Source: Takakia lepidozioides (Eukaryota > Plantae > Bryophyta). From it: a stretch of DNA of 64,000 bases. The stretch's first letter is position 1. Every line of letters starts with the position of its first letter. The notes under the pieces were generated by a model, which saw nothing but the letters and a program-made list of their open reading frames with translations, was not told the DNA's origin and made no database searches. The DNA is taken from positions 27,032,001 through 27,096,000 of the forward strand of contig CM060733.1 in assembly GCA_030704615.1 (NCBI GenBank), given 5' to 3'. The translations under genes were made by a program, and so were the position numbers. Positions 13,178-26,900 of the stretch are shown piece after piece.

Positions 13178-14610
13178 GTCGCGGCCCTTTGCCTTGAGGG
13201 CAGGGGGTCGGGACACAAGAAGGGCTGCCCCTGTGGGGGGGGTAGTGGCAACAATAGATGCAGGGGCTGAAGCACCATTGAGTACCCAAAGCACTCAAGG
13301 AGGCGGAGGCGCTCACTAAGTGGAGCCCCACACACCGGGTTGCGGTGGGGATGGTTCCACGAGGGGTGGTGGTAGCTTAGTGGGTCTTAGTGGGGGTGGC
13401 ATAGGACTCACCATGGGGCGGAGACCTTGTGGTGGGACTCATCACGGTCCAATGGGGCCGTGGTGGGTGGGCCAAAACTCACCGGGAATCGAGGGTCTTC
13501 GTGGTGGCTAAGAAGTGCGCAAAACCCCGACAATTGAACATGACTCGGGCGACCACAGAGCTGTCGGAAGATTCCATCAGCCGCTTGGTAGAAACGGTGG
13601 TCGCCAAGACTTGCAAAGTAGGCACTTACTCTTGTGAGTTGTATCAGGAAACTGGCGCCTTGCGTAAAGGGAGTCAGTTATTGTTCGTGAGTGGGATAAT
13701 TTCCGGAACTAACGTGTCGTTGTTGGTGGACACAGGAGCGTCGCACTCCTTCATGCACCGGCAACGGCACAGAAGCTAGGGCTCCCGACAAGTGATGTGG
13801 GGGCCTCTATTGAGGTGCGTTCTGCCAAAGGAGAACCACAATTGGCGACGAGGTTGGCGTTCGATGTTCCTCTTCAGCTGGGGAGTTGGGAGTGACGTGA
13901 GAACTTCACCATTTGCGAGATCGATGGAGTGGATCTCATTTTGGGGATGACATTTTTGAGCAAACCAAGAGCGGTCATAGATGGTAGATGGTAGTCACGC
14001 TACTGTGTGGGAATGGTGGCGAAGTTTTACGAGTTTCGGAAACGCCCAACCCAGTGGGAGGCGAATAAACCTACTGTCAGCAAAGGAGTGGGCCGTGGAG
14101 GAGCCACACGAGCCCCAGTTTTTGCTTTACGTAAGACAAGTAGAGGGAGAAGGCGATAGGGAGCCAAGCCCAGATTGGATCAAGGGGATCTTGGAGAAAT
14201 ACCAGGATGTGATGCCGGAGGATTTACCAAGTGTCTTGCCACCACGAAGAGGAATTGACCACAAGATTGAGGTGATACCGGGATCGGAGCTGCCTGCCAA
14301 GGCGCCCTACCAGTTGAGCCACAAAGAGTTGGTCGAGTTGAAGGCTCAGCTCAAGGATATAATGTCAAAGGGTACATTCGGCCGAGTAAGTCACCTTACG
14401 GAGCCCCGGTGTTATTCGCAGACAAGAAGGATGGGACGATGCGGATGTGTGTCGATTACATGGCTCTGAATAAGGTGATTCTAAAAAACCGGTACCCTTT
14501 GCCAAGGATCGACAACCTCTTCGATCGGTTGGCAAAAGCAAAGTATTTCAGCCGAATCGATTTGCGTTCGGGTTACCATCAAATCCGAGTGGCGGAAGGA
14601 GATGAGGAGA
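13178..14610 (+). mobile_element. Ty3/gypsy fragment: partial LTR fused to gag end, protease and RT N-terminus (same family as 57032-60425)
   Basis: LTR start TGTCGC, protease LVDTGASHSF and RT-region motifs [35 protein letters not shown] and [11 protein letters not shown], with frameshifts. Confidence 0.92.
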
Positions 14611-14611
14611 A

Positions 14612-14955
14612 TTACAATCTCAAACAGTGACACGAGTGAGTTCCATTTCCAGAAATATGACCAAAGAAGACTACTCCCTTTCTCTTACACTCAATACATC
14701 CAGTTCTTATCCAATAGGCCTGTGAATCAATCTTATAATGTTGTGATTTCACAAGCTGTGCTTATTCTATACATTTCCAGCAATGCTGATTTAGCTGGGA
14801 AGGAGTGTAGCATTCTGATTAACACTCTTGGGAGGAATGGTTTCAAGACCAGAAAACTTGCTCGTATCTTGACAAGGTTCCTTGAACGTGGTTCATTCCT
14901 TGGCCTGTTCTTCCTTGCACAAGAGCTTATTGAGAAACTGAAAGGTATTTCCTAA
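14612..14955 (+). mobile_element. Penelope-like retroelement RT thumb/C-terminal fragment (Naiad/Chlamys-like)
   Basis: KYDQRRLLPFSYTQYIQFLSNRPVNQSYNVVISQ...LINTLGRNGF resembles the PLE motif YDKRxxFxFxxxxFxxxxSNxPxxxxYGVxISQ...LxxxGY. Confidence 0.55.
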
Positions 14956-17900
14956 ACTTATCCAGAGCTAAGTATGCCATTGAACTCTCCGTTCTTTTCT
15001 AGTGATACTATACTAGTTTTGCTATGCTACATTTTATGCCAACGTTTCATTCTTGATCCGAGGAAGTGAGGATGTAGGATTCTACTCCTTTGGATAATAT
15101 AATCTGAGAATAGAACTACATGGAAGAGGGAAAACTTTATGAGAAGAGGTCTGGTATGCACTCCCTTACGGGGTGAGTGCATACCACACTCACTCCATAA
15201 GGTTCTGCCATGCCAGGGGATTGGCTGGTGGGTCCCTCTCTCTCCCTCTCTCCCTCTCCCTCTATAACTCTTTGGATTTTATCTGGCCTTAACCTTTTGA
15301 GGTTATTTAGTTTTTCATCCCTATTTTTTTCATCCAAATCTGGATGATATTATTATAGGATGATGAAACTTAATGTACAGAAAGCTTGGTTTACCATCTA
15401 TTTCTTTCATCTAAACTGGATGAACTAAATGAATAATTGTTACCTATTTTAAAATCCAAGAGATAATGAAACTACCATCATAAATGAAGGCAGTTATTAA
15501 ACCTAAGCCTATACCATAACCCTAAAAAATACCTTTTTTATTGGATGTCATGCATTGACAAAGTGCTTCTCTTGATAAAATGTGATTTTTCATCCACCCT
15601 GGATGAGAAATCGAGAAGCTGTGCCCTAAGCAGGCCGACACATTTCACAGCACTGAACTCGTGCTTCAGTGAACCTTGATGATGCGCCGTGTAAACCTGC
15701 TCCCCTCATGGTACTCGTGATGGTTGACTCTTGGGATGCGCATTGGCGGTTAGGCAGATTCCTCTCTGGCAAACGATAAAGCGATGATCGCTTTGCTCAG
15801 AAACTCATGGTTATTTATTTTGCAGCGACGCTTTTACTCCTCGTTGGGAAGTACTCTATCCCTATTTATCTACAGATTACATGTTGCTCTCTTTTTGTAT
15901 GAGCTATTCTTTATCTGTGAACGCTTCTACTTTGATTGCGTTCTGTTGGAGATGATCTGTTGGACGCCATGGCGCAGGGCATACCACAAACACTCAAGGT
16001 TTTTTGAGTTTACCCTTGCTTGAATTGTGATGTGTACATGCCTTAGAATTCAACACTGACATGGATAGCAACTGTGAAGACCTGCCACTCACCTGCTGCA
16101 TCCTCACTAACACACATCGCTATGTGGTGGTTTTGGGACGGGCACAGGTGAGGGTCTTCACTTGTCTTGATTTCTTAAAGCTTGCAGTTCCTACTCTTGC
16201 AAATATGGGTGTTGCTGTTGCCTGCTGCTGAGCCTCTTGCTGCTTCAAAACTGCCAGCATATGGATGCTGACCTGCTTCAACCTGGCTCCAATGAGGAGC
16301 TACTTCTGCTCCTTACCTTTATTTTGGTCTCTTGCAACCATATCTACATGGCAGGAGGTAGGGCAGACATGAGACTTTATGGAATACAAATCTACCATTT
16401 CATTTATTGGTTCTTTTCCATGTCTCAATGCGGATATAAAGTAGCAGTTAGTACCTTGGCTGCACTGAAATTCGACTCTAGAATTAAACCTCTTGGTTTG
16501 TCCTTAGTAGACAACACACATTCTGCTAGGCCTCTATTTCACTTTGATTTCATAAGCTGAACTGCAAACAGGGTTTTTGAATCCTTTTCTACCCTGGCAG
16601 AGCTGTTTGTAAGGCCTTGGAATACTACTCCAGACTTGTAACTACTTAAAAAGACTTGGCCCTGGTTTTTGAATCCAGTTTTTGAATCCTGCTTATATCT
16701 TATGTCTTGTAAAACAGACATTGTGATTATCTATAGACTACCATGCATCACCTTGTTGGGTTCTTTTTAGACTACAAACTGTCTTCTAAAAAACCCCAAG
16801 TGATCTTTTGGGACAAAAACTGGTAAGCTCTATATGGTCTCTTAACCTACTCCCTATACTGTTCTTGCTTTGCATCTCTACTAGCATGCAATAGAAATAC
16901 CAGATCCAGATTTACCAGTATGGGTGGGCTGGAATATGCTTAAGACATATATGTCTTGCTATTTCAATTTCAATTTAAAGTACTATGTGCTTGACTCTAG
17001 AGACTTATGTCAGACCGGCAATTTAGTTATTGAAATGAGATTACAATCTGCATAGTATGGTGATGAATGTTTTATGTCAACCCATGGTACTTTCAGGATA
17101 TGAATGACCAGGAATCCCGCCCTCCCACTCTGTTTTTTCAGATACCCTGAAAAACAACGAGATATTCAAATGAGATGGTAAAAGGGGTTGTTAGATGGTG
17201 CCCTGTAAAGGGCTACATTGTCTTTCAATGACAATGACCTTAGTGGTCTTGTCCATGTCTTGACATGACATGTATATCTTCCCTCTCTTTTGTGTTGCTC
17301 ACAAAAAAAACAAACCACAAAGGGAAAGAGGGGGTAGCACTACAACAGAACGCGGTATATCTGACTGCTAGGCCGCGGTAGTCATGGTTTTCCTGACTTT
17401 GACCATGACTTCCCTGTATTTTTGGACCAAATGGGGCTTCACGTAGTTGTTGAAATGACTGCGTGACTACGTAGTCCTCTGGGTGACTACGTTGGTAAAC
17501 TTCGTCATGACTGCATGGCTCCGCACTAGCTGGAAGGTTGGTCAACGATGGTGGACCAGCGTGAGCTCACCACCAAATAGTTGTTGGAATGACTTCTAGT
17601 GCAAGCGTGGTAGCCAAAAGGTTAAAACAATTTAAAAAGTTGCTTATAGGGTTGCCCATTAGAGGGCTGGGACTTAACTTTTTTTCTTATTTCTCCTGCA
17701 CGGTTTCTTAGTATCGAGCTGTTGTGTCATGGAACACGATGATCGCAGGATAGGGTGTGGGATGGAGGCTTTGCATTGAGCTACTGATGCGGGGCGAAGC
17801 GCAACCTGCACCGCAACCGCAATGGGCTCTTAGCTCATGTTAGTACCGTGATGTGGTATTCTTCCTGATGTTTACAAGGTTCTTGGGAGAGTCAGCTTGG

Positions 17901-18297
17901 TCTTGGCAGTCCGTGTTTCAATCGACGTCTGCTCAGCTGCACCATGGTGGTTCTCACAGACCAATCCGACATTACCTGACGATAGACACAAGCAGCACAC
18001 ACAAAAGGTCCTCTTGGGTTCATGGTCAGTCAAATCCTCCATGGGTCATGACACATGGTCGAGGACAATGTGGTGAGGGCACCTTCTTCTTCGACCTATT
18101 TCAGCCTGTTTTGCCCTCTCATCAGACTCGGCACGGAGCAGAGCTGGCATGAGTTTGTAAAGATCCTTCACGATCATGGTGGGACAACCGCAATCACAAG
18201 GTGTGGTTTTTTCTTAATGTACTATGTGAAGAAGTTAGTCCATCCTGCAAATGTGGGTTTTTGGCTCCTGATATGAAATGACAGCAAAAAGGAGGGT

Positions 18298-18441
18298 TAT
18301 TTGCATCCTCAATGCATGTGCTGACCTGGGAGCCCTGTAAGTAGGCAAGAGGTTGATGCTGACATCATCAAAGCTGGGATTGCACTGGATGTAAATTTGG
18401 AGACTGGCCTTGCTGACATGAACGCAAAATGTGGAAGCATG
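18298..18441 (+). pseudogene. PLS-class PPR fragment
   Basis: Reads ICILNACADLGAL*VG, then a frameshift, then ADIIKAGIALDVNLETGLADMNAKCGSM. Confidence 0.7.
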
Positions 18442-18943
18442 CCTGGCAAACTCCGGTGATTGTAAGTTTTGGTTGTTGTTATGGTTGATGACCTGGTTCA
18501 GTATCTTTAAATAAATATACACGTGTACCATATTCTTGGTAGTTAGGGACTGGTGCTTGATTTCTGAATATCTATTGGAAGGTTAGGATTTCTGAGATAC
18601 ATCTATTGACTAAGTTTTCAAAGTTATATGCATTAAGTTACAATCTAGTTTGCCATGTACAAGCTCCCTGAGATTTACTATATTTCAGAGTCACTTGACC
18701 AGTCTGTGACCTAAAATCCCATCATTTAAAACTGCCTTGCTGTACATTTTTCACCAAAGGGGCTTGTGGATTCTCTCGCAATAAGTTTAAGCAAGAGGGT
18801 GAATGCAGACATCTGCAGCAGTAGCCAGATTGAGCATTGTATGGGAGCGAATCTGTAAACACAAGCAACCAGTTGTGGAGCCCCGTGAATCAGCCCTTTT
18901 CAACCAGGCCAATGTGGTAAGCTTACTCACTGGACCTTTTGTT

Positions 18944-19906
18944 CGAGATTTTTGAAGTTGGTAGATAGCGTATTATAGGCACAAACCTGCAAATGGATTT
19001 GAAGAGGGTGTCTCCCTTGTGAGAATACCTAGGACATTAAATTAGGATATGAATAATAATGTCTTCAGGTTGCCCACACCACGGGCATTGGCAATCCACT
19101 TTTCCTCTCTACTTCTGTTTGAACATTGTCCAAATGCAGCTTCCCGCTTGGTGTTTACATTCAGTTTACAACCGAGATTGACTTGAATGGGCCTAGGCTT
19201 TTGGCTTAGCCTTCAGATTTACAAAGTTGGTAAATAGGGGCACGTGAACAATTCCCTGAATGGATTCTCACGGGAATTTGCGATCCCCCTTCCTCTCTGA
19301 TTCTGTTTGCTACTGAAAGGTAGGCTTCCTGTCCTAAGTTTAAATTCAGTCTAGTGCCGGGAGTGTGAAAGGGGGCCGGGGTTGAGCCTTGGCTTAGCCT
19401 CGAGATTTCTGAAGCTGGTAGATAGGGTATAGGCACAAACCTACAAATGGATTTGAAGAGGGCATCTCCCTTGTGGGAATACCTAGGACAGAAAATCAGG
19501 AAATAAATAATAAATTTGTTTTCAAGTTGCCCACACCATGGGCATTGGCAATCCACTTTTCCTCTCTACTTCTGTTTGTTGTCCAAATGTAGGCTTCCTG
19601 CTGGAGTTTACATTCAGTTTACAGCCAACATTGACCTGAATGGGCCTATGGCTTAGCGTTCAGATTTACAAAGCTGGTAAATAGGGACACCATGAGTAAT
19701 TCCCTGAATGGATTCTCACGGGCATTTGCGATCCCCCTTCCTCTCTGATTCTGATTGCTGCTGAAAGGTAGGCTTAATCCTGCCCTAAGTTTAAATTAGT
19801 CTAGTGCCGAGAGTGTGAAAGGGGTTGAGCCTTGGCCCAGCCTCGAGATTTTTGAAGTTGGTAGATGGGGAATAGGCACAAACCTGCAAATAGATTTGAA
19901 GAGGGC
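18944..19906. repeat. Tandem duplication, ~450-bp unit x ~2.1, inside the CACTA element
   Basis: CGAGATTT(T/C)TGAAG(T/C)TGGTAGAT recurs at ~18944, 19402 and 19844, with colinear downstream sequence. Confidence 0.85.
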
Positions 19907-20429
19907 TCTGGACCGAAACTTCTCCGCAACCACTTTGATTGTTACACTAACATTTGGCAAGGACCCAAGAGCTCAAGTTATGAAATGAACGGATGGTGTT
20001 CTGCACTATGGCCTCCTTGCAGGTTTGCAAAAGTACTCGTTGGAAATCTGACTTGTGAAACTTGTAATTGGAAGCAGACATAAGATTAACATGCTTTTTG
20101 GATGGGTTGTAGAGGTATGTAGGGTTGCTGCTTTGCTTTGTCGGGTTTTCAGTTCTGGCATTCTGATTATGACTTCGAATTTCATGCTTGTCTCTACTCT
20201 GACAATGACAGAGAGTAGAGTCAAGTCAACTAAAGGCAGCAGCTGCAGCGGCACAGTTGATAAAATTAGGCACCTCAACCATGAGCACAGCTTCTAGAAG
20301 AGGATCAAAAGAGGGAGTCCACAATGCCTCTTCTGGCACTTCTGGGCACGTGAAGATGCTTTGCGGCAGGCAGACTGACAGAGGCTCTACAGACTTTAAA
20401 CCAATGAGGCATTTCAGCATATTCATGTA

Positions 20430-21010
20430 CGTATGTCTGTCCCTTGCTTAAGTGCATCAAGATGGAAGGTCTGGACGCTGGAAAGTAGGTGCACGCACAC
20501 ATTATCCAAAGTGGATGCACGCCAAATGTTTTTCTACTCAACACCCTTGTCTCCATGTTTGTCAAGTGCAGGAGCATCATGGATGCTCACCAAGTGTTCA
20601 ACATAATGTCTCAACGATCTTTGATCACGTGGAATATAATGTTGGCAGGAGTTACCAAGCATGGGTGTGGTATGAATGCTTTGGAGACCTATGAGCAAAT
20701 GTTGCGCGAAGGGGTGAAGCCCAACCACATCACATTTGTTTGTGTTTGCAATGCGTGTGCAAGCCCGGGAGCTCTCGAAAAGGGCAAAGAGGTTCCTGGT
20801 GACATCGTCAAATCTGGAATTGTACCCAATGTCATTATGAACAGTGCCCTGATGGACTGCATGTATGCCAAATGTGGGTGCATCGAGGATGCAAAGGGAG
20901 TGTTTGACAGTATGGCTGAATGAGATGTGGTGTCGTGGAGTGCGATGATTGCAGGATATGCACAGCACGGGCACGGGATGGAGGCTTTGGAGACCTATGA
21001 GCAATGATGC
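20430..21010 (+). pseudogene. PLS-class PPR gene fragment inside the CACTA element
   Basis: VHAHIIQSGCTPNVFLLNTLVSMFVKC, TWNIMLAG, GVKPNHITFVCVCNACAS and MYAKCGCIEDAKGVFDSM, with in-frame stops. Confidence 0.9.
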
Positions 21011-23199
21011 GGGGAGGGGTGATTCCCTGTGGATCAATAGCTATAAGAAACTTGCATGGGTAGATGGTCAACAAAAGGCAGCAGCTGTAGCACTATGTGG
21101 TTAAGGTATGGAGTCTAGGCAGCTTTTGTGTTTGGTAAAATCTATAAAATCTGTGAAGAAAGGGGAGGGTCTTTGTGTGAAGAGATGGTGAGAATGACTC
21201 TGCCTACTCAGTTTTTGCAACTTCATCCTCTTCACCATTTCCAAGTTGCATTTTGCTGACCTGTTTTTGCTCTCACTGTCACTCGTAGTCTTGGCATTTG
21301 AAATCCTTTGGTCACGACACTCCTGATGCATCATTTCTTTCAAGAGGACATCCCCTACTCTCATGATAGAAACTACATGGTGCTCTCTGACCTCCTTCAT
21401 TCCTTATAGTCATCAGTAAAGCTGCGTCTCCCCGGCACGAGGCCTTCACCCTTAGACAATCGCTAGAACATTAATTGTTATTTTTGGTTTCTGGATTTGT
21501 TCCTCTCTCATGTTTTTCTTCATTTTGTCCCATAAGCTCTATGAGCTTTCCATGGACGTTATAAAGCACCATTTCATTTCATTTCATTTCTCTTTGCTAT
21601 GCCTGGAATCTCTCTCCCAGTTAGTCTCTCTCACACATAATTGGCCTTGCAGTTTTGCCCTCATGTCTTGTACCCTCTTTCATGCATGATCTGTATTGTC
21701 TTCTTTTTGTTGTCTTTATATTTCCAGCAAAGGGTGTCATGCAGGTCTGGGTTTTTGGTCATTTCCATCTGGTTTGTAAGACCTTCCATGTTAAGAGCCG
21801 GTTTTTGCACCCTCTTTGAACCTTGACATCCAACCTGGTTATGTTCAAGTTGTACATCACTGCAAGATAGGTGTGGTTTTTTTGGGCAGTTCACACTAAC
21901 TATGCACTCTTCCCTCGTCCTAATTTCAGTGACGGTGCTGGTGTCCATGGGCTGGTCTTGGCAGGCCTGTAGTCTCTCACTATTCTCTTGACAGATAGAT
22001 TCATGAACTCATGTGTTTGTGGTTGTGGTGTACATGCAGTGGGCATGGAGTTACTGCACATTCGTGACCTGGGAACCGTCTTGACAATAATTTATAACAA
22101 GACTGATGTAAGGTTGTTTGTCATGGCTAGTGAGCCAAAGCAGGAAATTTAACGATTGTGAGGGCAATATGTATGTTATGTTCGCCCCCTTAGACTCTGT
22201 TTTGAGGAGCCAGATTTTGGGACATGAGTGCTATTTTGTAAATCTAACTGGCAATTGTTTAAGACAATCTCTTTTTACATCTGAAATCAGTCCCTTCAGT
22301 GCTTTTGTTATGTCCTTTGCACTTTGTCGCTTTGTTCTTTCCTGTGAATGATGGTGGGTTTGTGATTTTCCAAATAATATTTCTCAACAACTAATTTGAT
22401 GCCACGCGTCCAACCCAACAAACCACTCTACAGTAGGCACCATGACTACACAACACGCATCATACATTGACATGTGTCATATCATTGAGAAAACACCTGG
22501 CAATGAGCTCCTATAGGCATAGTCGTGGGAATGACTTTAAATACATTTAAAGTTCAAAATAAACTACTCATATGGTGCCACGTGTCCAGATATTAGCATG
22601 GTTGTAGTCAGGATAATGACTGCAGGACCTCCTCATGGATATGCCACGTGGCAGTTTCTGAAGACGCCATATGGTGCACATCCACAAAACCTCCTGGACT
22701 TATTAGAAAGAGACACGTGTACAGTTTGCAGCAGCACACTAAGTCATGTATGGTAGAAGTATATATGACTGCCACATGACAGTGAGATGTATCACTTGGT
22801 TCATCTGACTGCAGTCATCCATGACCGACCATACTGTGCTCATTGTATTGACTTGGTTTGCACGACTTAAAGTCATAGAAGTCATATGTACCGTTTATGA
22901 CTACGGGATAGTCATATATACAGTCATATATACCGCGATCTGTTGTAGTGTAGAAAAAAATAAAAAGAGAGAGAGAGAGAGTGGGAAGATATTCATGTCA
23001 TGTCAAGACATGGATAAGACCCTACTAGGGCCATTGTCAATTAAAGACATAAACAGCCCTAAACAGGGCACCATCTAACATTTCCATTCTTGTCATAGCC
23101 TCCCAATTGACAACACCCAATAATTCAAGATAAAACAGGGTGGGAGGGCGGGGGTTGTTCATGTAAGGGACAAGATAACAAGTTGTCGCAGTCATGCAA

Positions 23200-24275
23200 G
23201 AGACAAGGCACCATGGGTATGTACGAACCAGCCTGTAATTTTTTCAGATTCAAGACATGCATCCGAGCAAGGGTCTTGGAAAAGACAAAACGGATCATAA
23301 ATACCCTATGTCATGCATCAAGCAAATTATCTTGCGCATATGAATCAGCCTGCCATATTACAGATCCAAGATATGTCTTCAAACAAAAAATCTTGGGCAT
23401 GACAAAACAAGTTGCTGCTTCCTACCATATCAACCTTTTATTACACCAGGACATGCATCAAGCAAGGCGTCTTGGTTAAATGGACCAGCTTGCAATTTTT
23501 CAGATTCGAGACCCCACTTGGGCATGACAAGACAAATTGCAGCCTCATCCTATACCATTCGTAATTACCCCAAGACATGCATCATGCACGACATCTTGGG
23601 CGTGTAAGAACAGCCTGCCATTTTATCCATTCAAGGTATGTACACACAAGCACCATGAGCATCTGAGATCTGGCCCTCTTGGCCAATGAATCACTTACCA
23701 AACAAGGCATCATGGTTAAATGGACCAGCCTGCAATTTATCAGATCTGAGACATGCATCCTAGGCAGCCTGGCAAATTACAGGTTCAAGACATGTACATA
23801 CAAGCATCTTGAACACCCGAGATCCGGCCCTCTTGGCCAATGAATCATTAAATTATAGGTCATGGGCCTAGTGTCATGACAAGGCAAAAATCACTAGTTG
23901 CAGCATCTTACCTTATCAGCTTTTTATTACATAATGTCATGCATCAAGCAAAGCATAAGGACCAGCCTGCAATATTTCAGAATCAGGACATGCCTCCAAG
24001 CAATCCACTTGGGCTTGATAAAACAGATTCCATACCATTTGTAAATACCTCAACAAGGCATCAAGGGTATGTGAAATCAGCCTGTCATATTGCAGATTCA
24101 AGACTATGCGATTGTCCTCTGACGCATAACGCCTTTGAACCCTCTCCAGCAACCGTCCCCTACTGCATCGTGGAACGACTCACAAGCATCTTGAACATCC
24201 GAGATCCGACCTCTTTGGCCAATAAAAACCTCAGTTTGCAGGTCATGGGCCTGATGTCATGACAAGGCCAAGAAT
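23200..24275. repeat. Degenerate shuffled tandem repeat
   Basis: Recurring ACCAGCCTGCAATTTTTCAGATTCAAGACATG-like, TCTTGGGCATGACAA and GAGATCCGGCCCTCTTGGCCAATGAATCA modules. Confidence 0.65.
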
Positions 24276-24289
24276 ACATGTAGAATAAT

Positions 24290-26468
24290 AAGAATTTCTA
24301 ACTCAGTGATACTTTAAAGCTTTTTAATGTCTTTTTCCATCGATATATTCTGCAATACCTTCGATATTGATGCGATAGAGCAGAGTTCTTCGATATCTTG
24401 TATGCAGCCAATAGTCTATCCTGGACTGGTGATAGAAGAAATGGATGAATGATTGTAAAGGATGGATAGAAGAGGTTGAGCGGTTATTGCAGTTGTTGAA
24501 GCACTCTGCTATATATTGCATTTATGTGAAGCAGACATTGTCAGTTAAGCCAGAGAGCCGTGACCTGAGTAGGGTGAGGGAGTTAGACTATGGAGTTATT
24601 CCTCAAGGGTAGATTAAGTACTGCGTTCTTGCAATGTTGTGTTTTATGAATTAATAGAAGAGAAGAAGGAGAAAAATGAAGTTCAATTCACTTTGTGTTT
24701 GTGTGAAGAATGGAGTGATGGAATGAAAATGTGATTATGTGTGTAAGAATTGAAGAACTATAATTATGTGAAATAGTGAAAATGTGCACAAATGGAGAAT
24801 ATAAGAATTCGGTGTGTGAATTAGTTCCTAGTCTACCAAGAGAAATATCGATACGGATATTTAAGAGTTTTTCTTGCATGAGGCAGAGTTAGTTTAATAG
24901 AAAGTGGGAATAAAGCCTGGAGAAAGGAGTTATCAAATTTATATAAACATCGCCAACTGGGACGTAAATGGATTAGTATGTGGTGTTGTCCGATAGATGG
25001 ACATCCAGAGTTCATGGAGGAGAAGATTAAGGAAATGAAGATAAAGAGTCTTCAATTGGATTAATGGGAGAAGTACAACAGTGAAGTAAAATCATTTGCA
25101 TGGCAGAGAGCAACGATGAGGGAAAATCCCTGGACCAACTGAGGAAACATGATTGGTGATAAAGAGTGATCGATAGTAATGTGTGGAAAAGAACGGATAG
25201 TGTGTCCTGTAGAATTAATTATTGAACTGCCTAATAGTTTGTCGTTAGATATTTTAAAAAGACTGCAATGTAGTGACAAAGGGATAATCAATTTATGGTT
25301 GGTGAATAAAGGATGGCGTCGAGAGCTATTGACCTTGTATCAAATAGATTACTGGAGATTAGTAGTAGATGAGCAATGGTATTTGATCTCATACAATGGG
25401 ATAGAGTTGATAGAGAATGGAGGAAATATCATTGAAACTAGTAGGGTCTTAGTTGCTATAGATTGAGATAAGTAATGGTAGAACGTCCTCAGTGGGGAGA
25501 ATGAAGAGAAATAAAGTAGCAGGGCATCATTATGTTACAGTCGTATAGTGCTTTCCCCAGCGAACGAACTCTAGACTGATTGATCTTTTTCGTTAGGGTT
25601 GATTATAGTTTTATTCTACTTTTTGGCGTCGCTGCCGGAGAAAGATGATGCGGTTTGCTATAATGATGCTTTACTAAAATTTCAAGACAATTACTTTTTG
25701 TTGAAGGAGTACGAGATGACAGGGGAATCATTCGTAATAGTAAGGTTCCCCCACCTGGTTTAAAAAACTGTCTTTATTGTAGTTTACGTAATCAGCAAAA
25801 GAAGGCAGAGATCCCTGACTGTTTTTGGAGTAAGAGGAAGGCGCGGAAGACGATTGAACCTCCGCGTCCTGAGTCAACAAAACGCGGAGATGCTAGCTCT
25901 AGCGATAGCTCAGGAGGAGCAGATTCAACTGTCACCTGAACAAGAGAGGACGTCAAGAACACTCGAATTGACTGTTGCAAGAAATCGAGGAGATCGCCTT
26001 GTTTTCTCAATTAAGAAGAAGGGGTTATGGGATATGAAAGAATCTCCCATAACCGCGGAACATAAGGCTAAAGTCAGAGCCGATCGATTGGCAGTACGGA
26101 TAGCACGACCAGCATTATTAGCCGCACAGGCAGCTGCATCGGCGCCACCTATCGTGCCCCCTATTGCAATCCTCGCACCACCTGTTGTACCACCTATCGT
26201 ACTAGCACCAATGGCGGTAGTACCGATTGCGGCCGCTCTCCAATCAATCCCAGTGGTGGTGAATGTGGGAGGGCCTAACGATTGAACTGTCAATGTATCA
26301 CCCATGCCACAGTTTACGGGGCTTCAAGGGTCAGATCCCGACCGCCATTTGGCCCAATTTATGACAGCTTGTATTGCTAATAATGCCAGGACGGAATTCT
26401 GTTGTTTGACAATGTTCCCTGCCACTTTGCGTGAGTTAGCATTCCAATGGTATGATCGGCAACAGCAT
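24290..26468 (+). mobile_element. Athila/Tat-like Ty3/gypsy 5' part: putative LTR, PBS and gag start, truncated by a CACTA end
   Basis: PBS-like TTTTTGGCGTCGCTGCCGGAGA at ~25620-25641. The gag-like MPQFTGLQGSDPDRHLAQFMTAC...FPATLRELAFQWY lies at 26304-26468. The LTR left boundary is approximate. Confidence 0.7.
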
Positions 26469-26900
26469 CACTACTACGTTTAGGGGAGATTAGCGACGCC
26501 GGGACCCCGGGCGCAACGACCCTCCTGCGACTGCAGAGCCGCGCAGGCGCCCGGCCTGGAACTTGCGACGTCAGCCCGTTGCCGCCGCCGCGCCGCTCCG
26601 GTGACGCTTCGCCTGCTTGCGATTCCGCCACATCGCTACTGTTGGGGCATGATCCGCCAACGAGTTGGGGGTTGCGACGCCCGGGCGTCGCACGTACCCT
26701 CTACGACGCTCCCGCAAGGCTACGACTGCCAGGAATCGCAACAACACCCCCTCACACTTAGGCACGTGGGGAGGGCCGAGTCAACTTGCGCTGGGTTTTG
26801 CGACGTCCAGACGTCACCGAAATGCCACAATGGCGAGGTTGCGATTCCTTGCAATCGCAGGCCTGCTGGGGCGTCGCAAGTGCCCTCTTGCCTAGGGGTC
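26469..26900 (+). mobile_element. Orphan CACTA terminus with GC-rich subterminal repeats
   Basis: CACTACTACG begins exactly where gag similarity stops, followed by many GCGAC/GTCGC repeats in both orientations. No partner end was found. Confidence 0.6.

Larger units (their letters stand above)
17338..22950. mobile_element. Complete non-autonomous CACTA (En/Spm) element, 5.6 kb, carrying gene fragments
   Basis: 30-bp TIRs CACTACAACAGAACGCGGTATATCTGACTG / CAGTCATATATACCGCGATCTGTTGTAGTG, a 3-bp TSD TAG on both sides, and subterminal ATGACT/AGTCAT repeats. No transposase was recognised. Confidence 0.92.

Noticed and set aside
15030-15090. Possible hammerhead ribozyme downstream of the PLE-like fragment (GAAACGTTGGC on the minus strand)
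   Set aside because: No correctly placed CUGANGA core was found.
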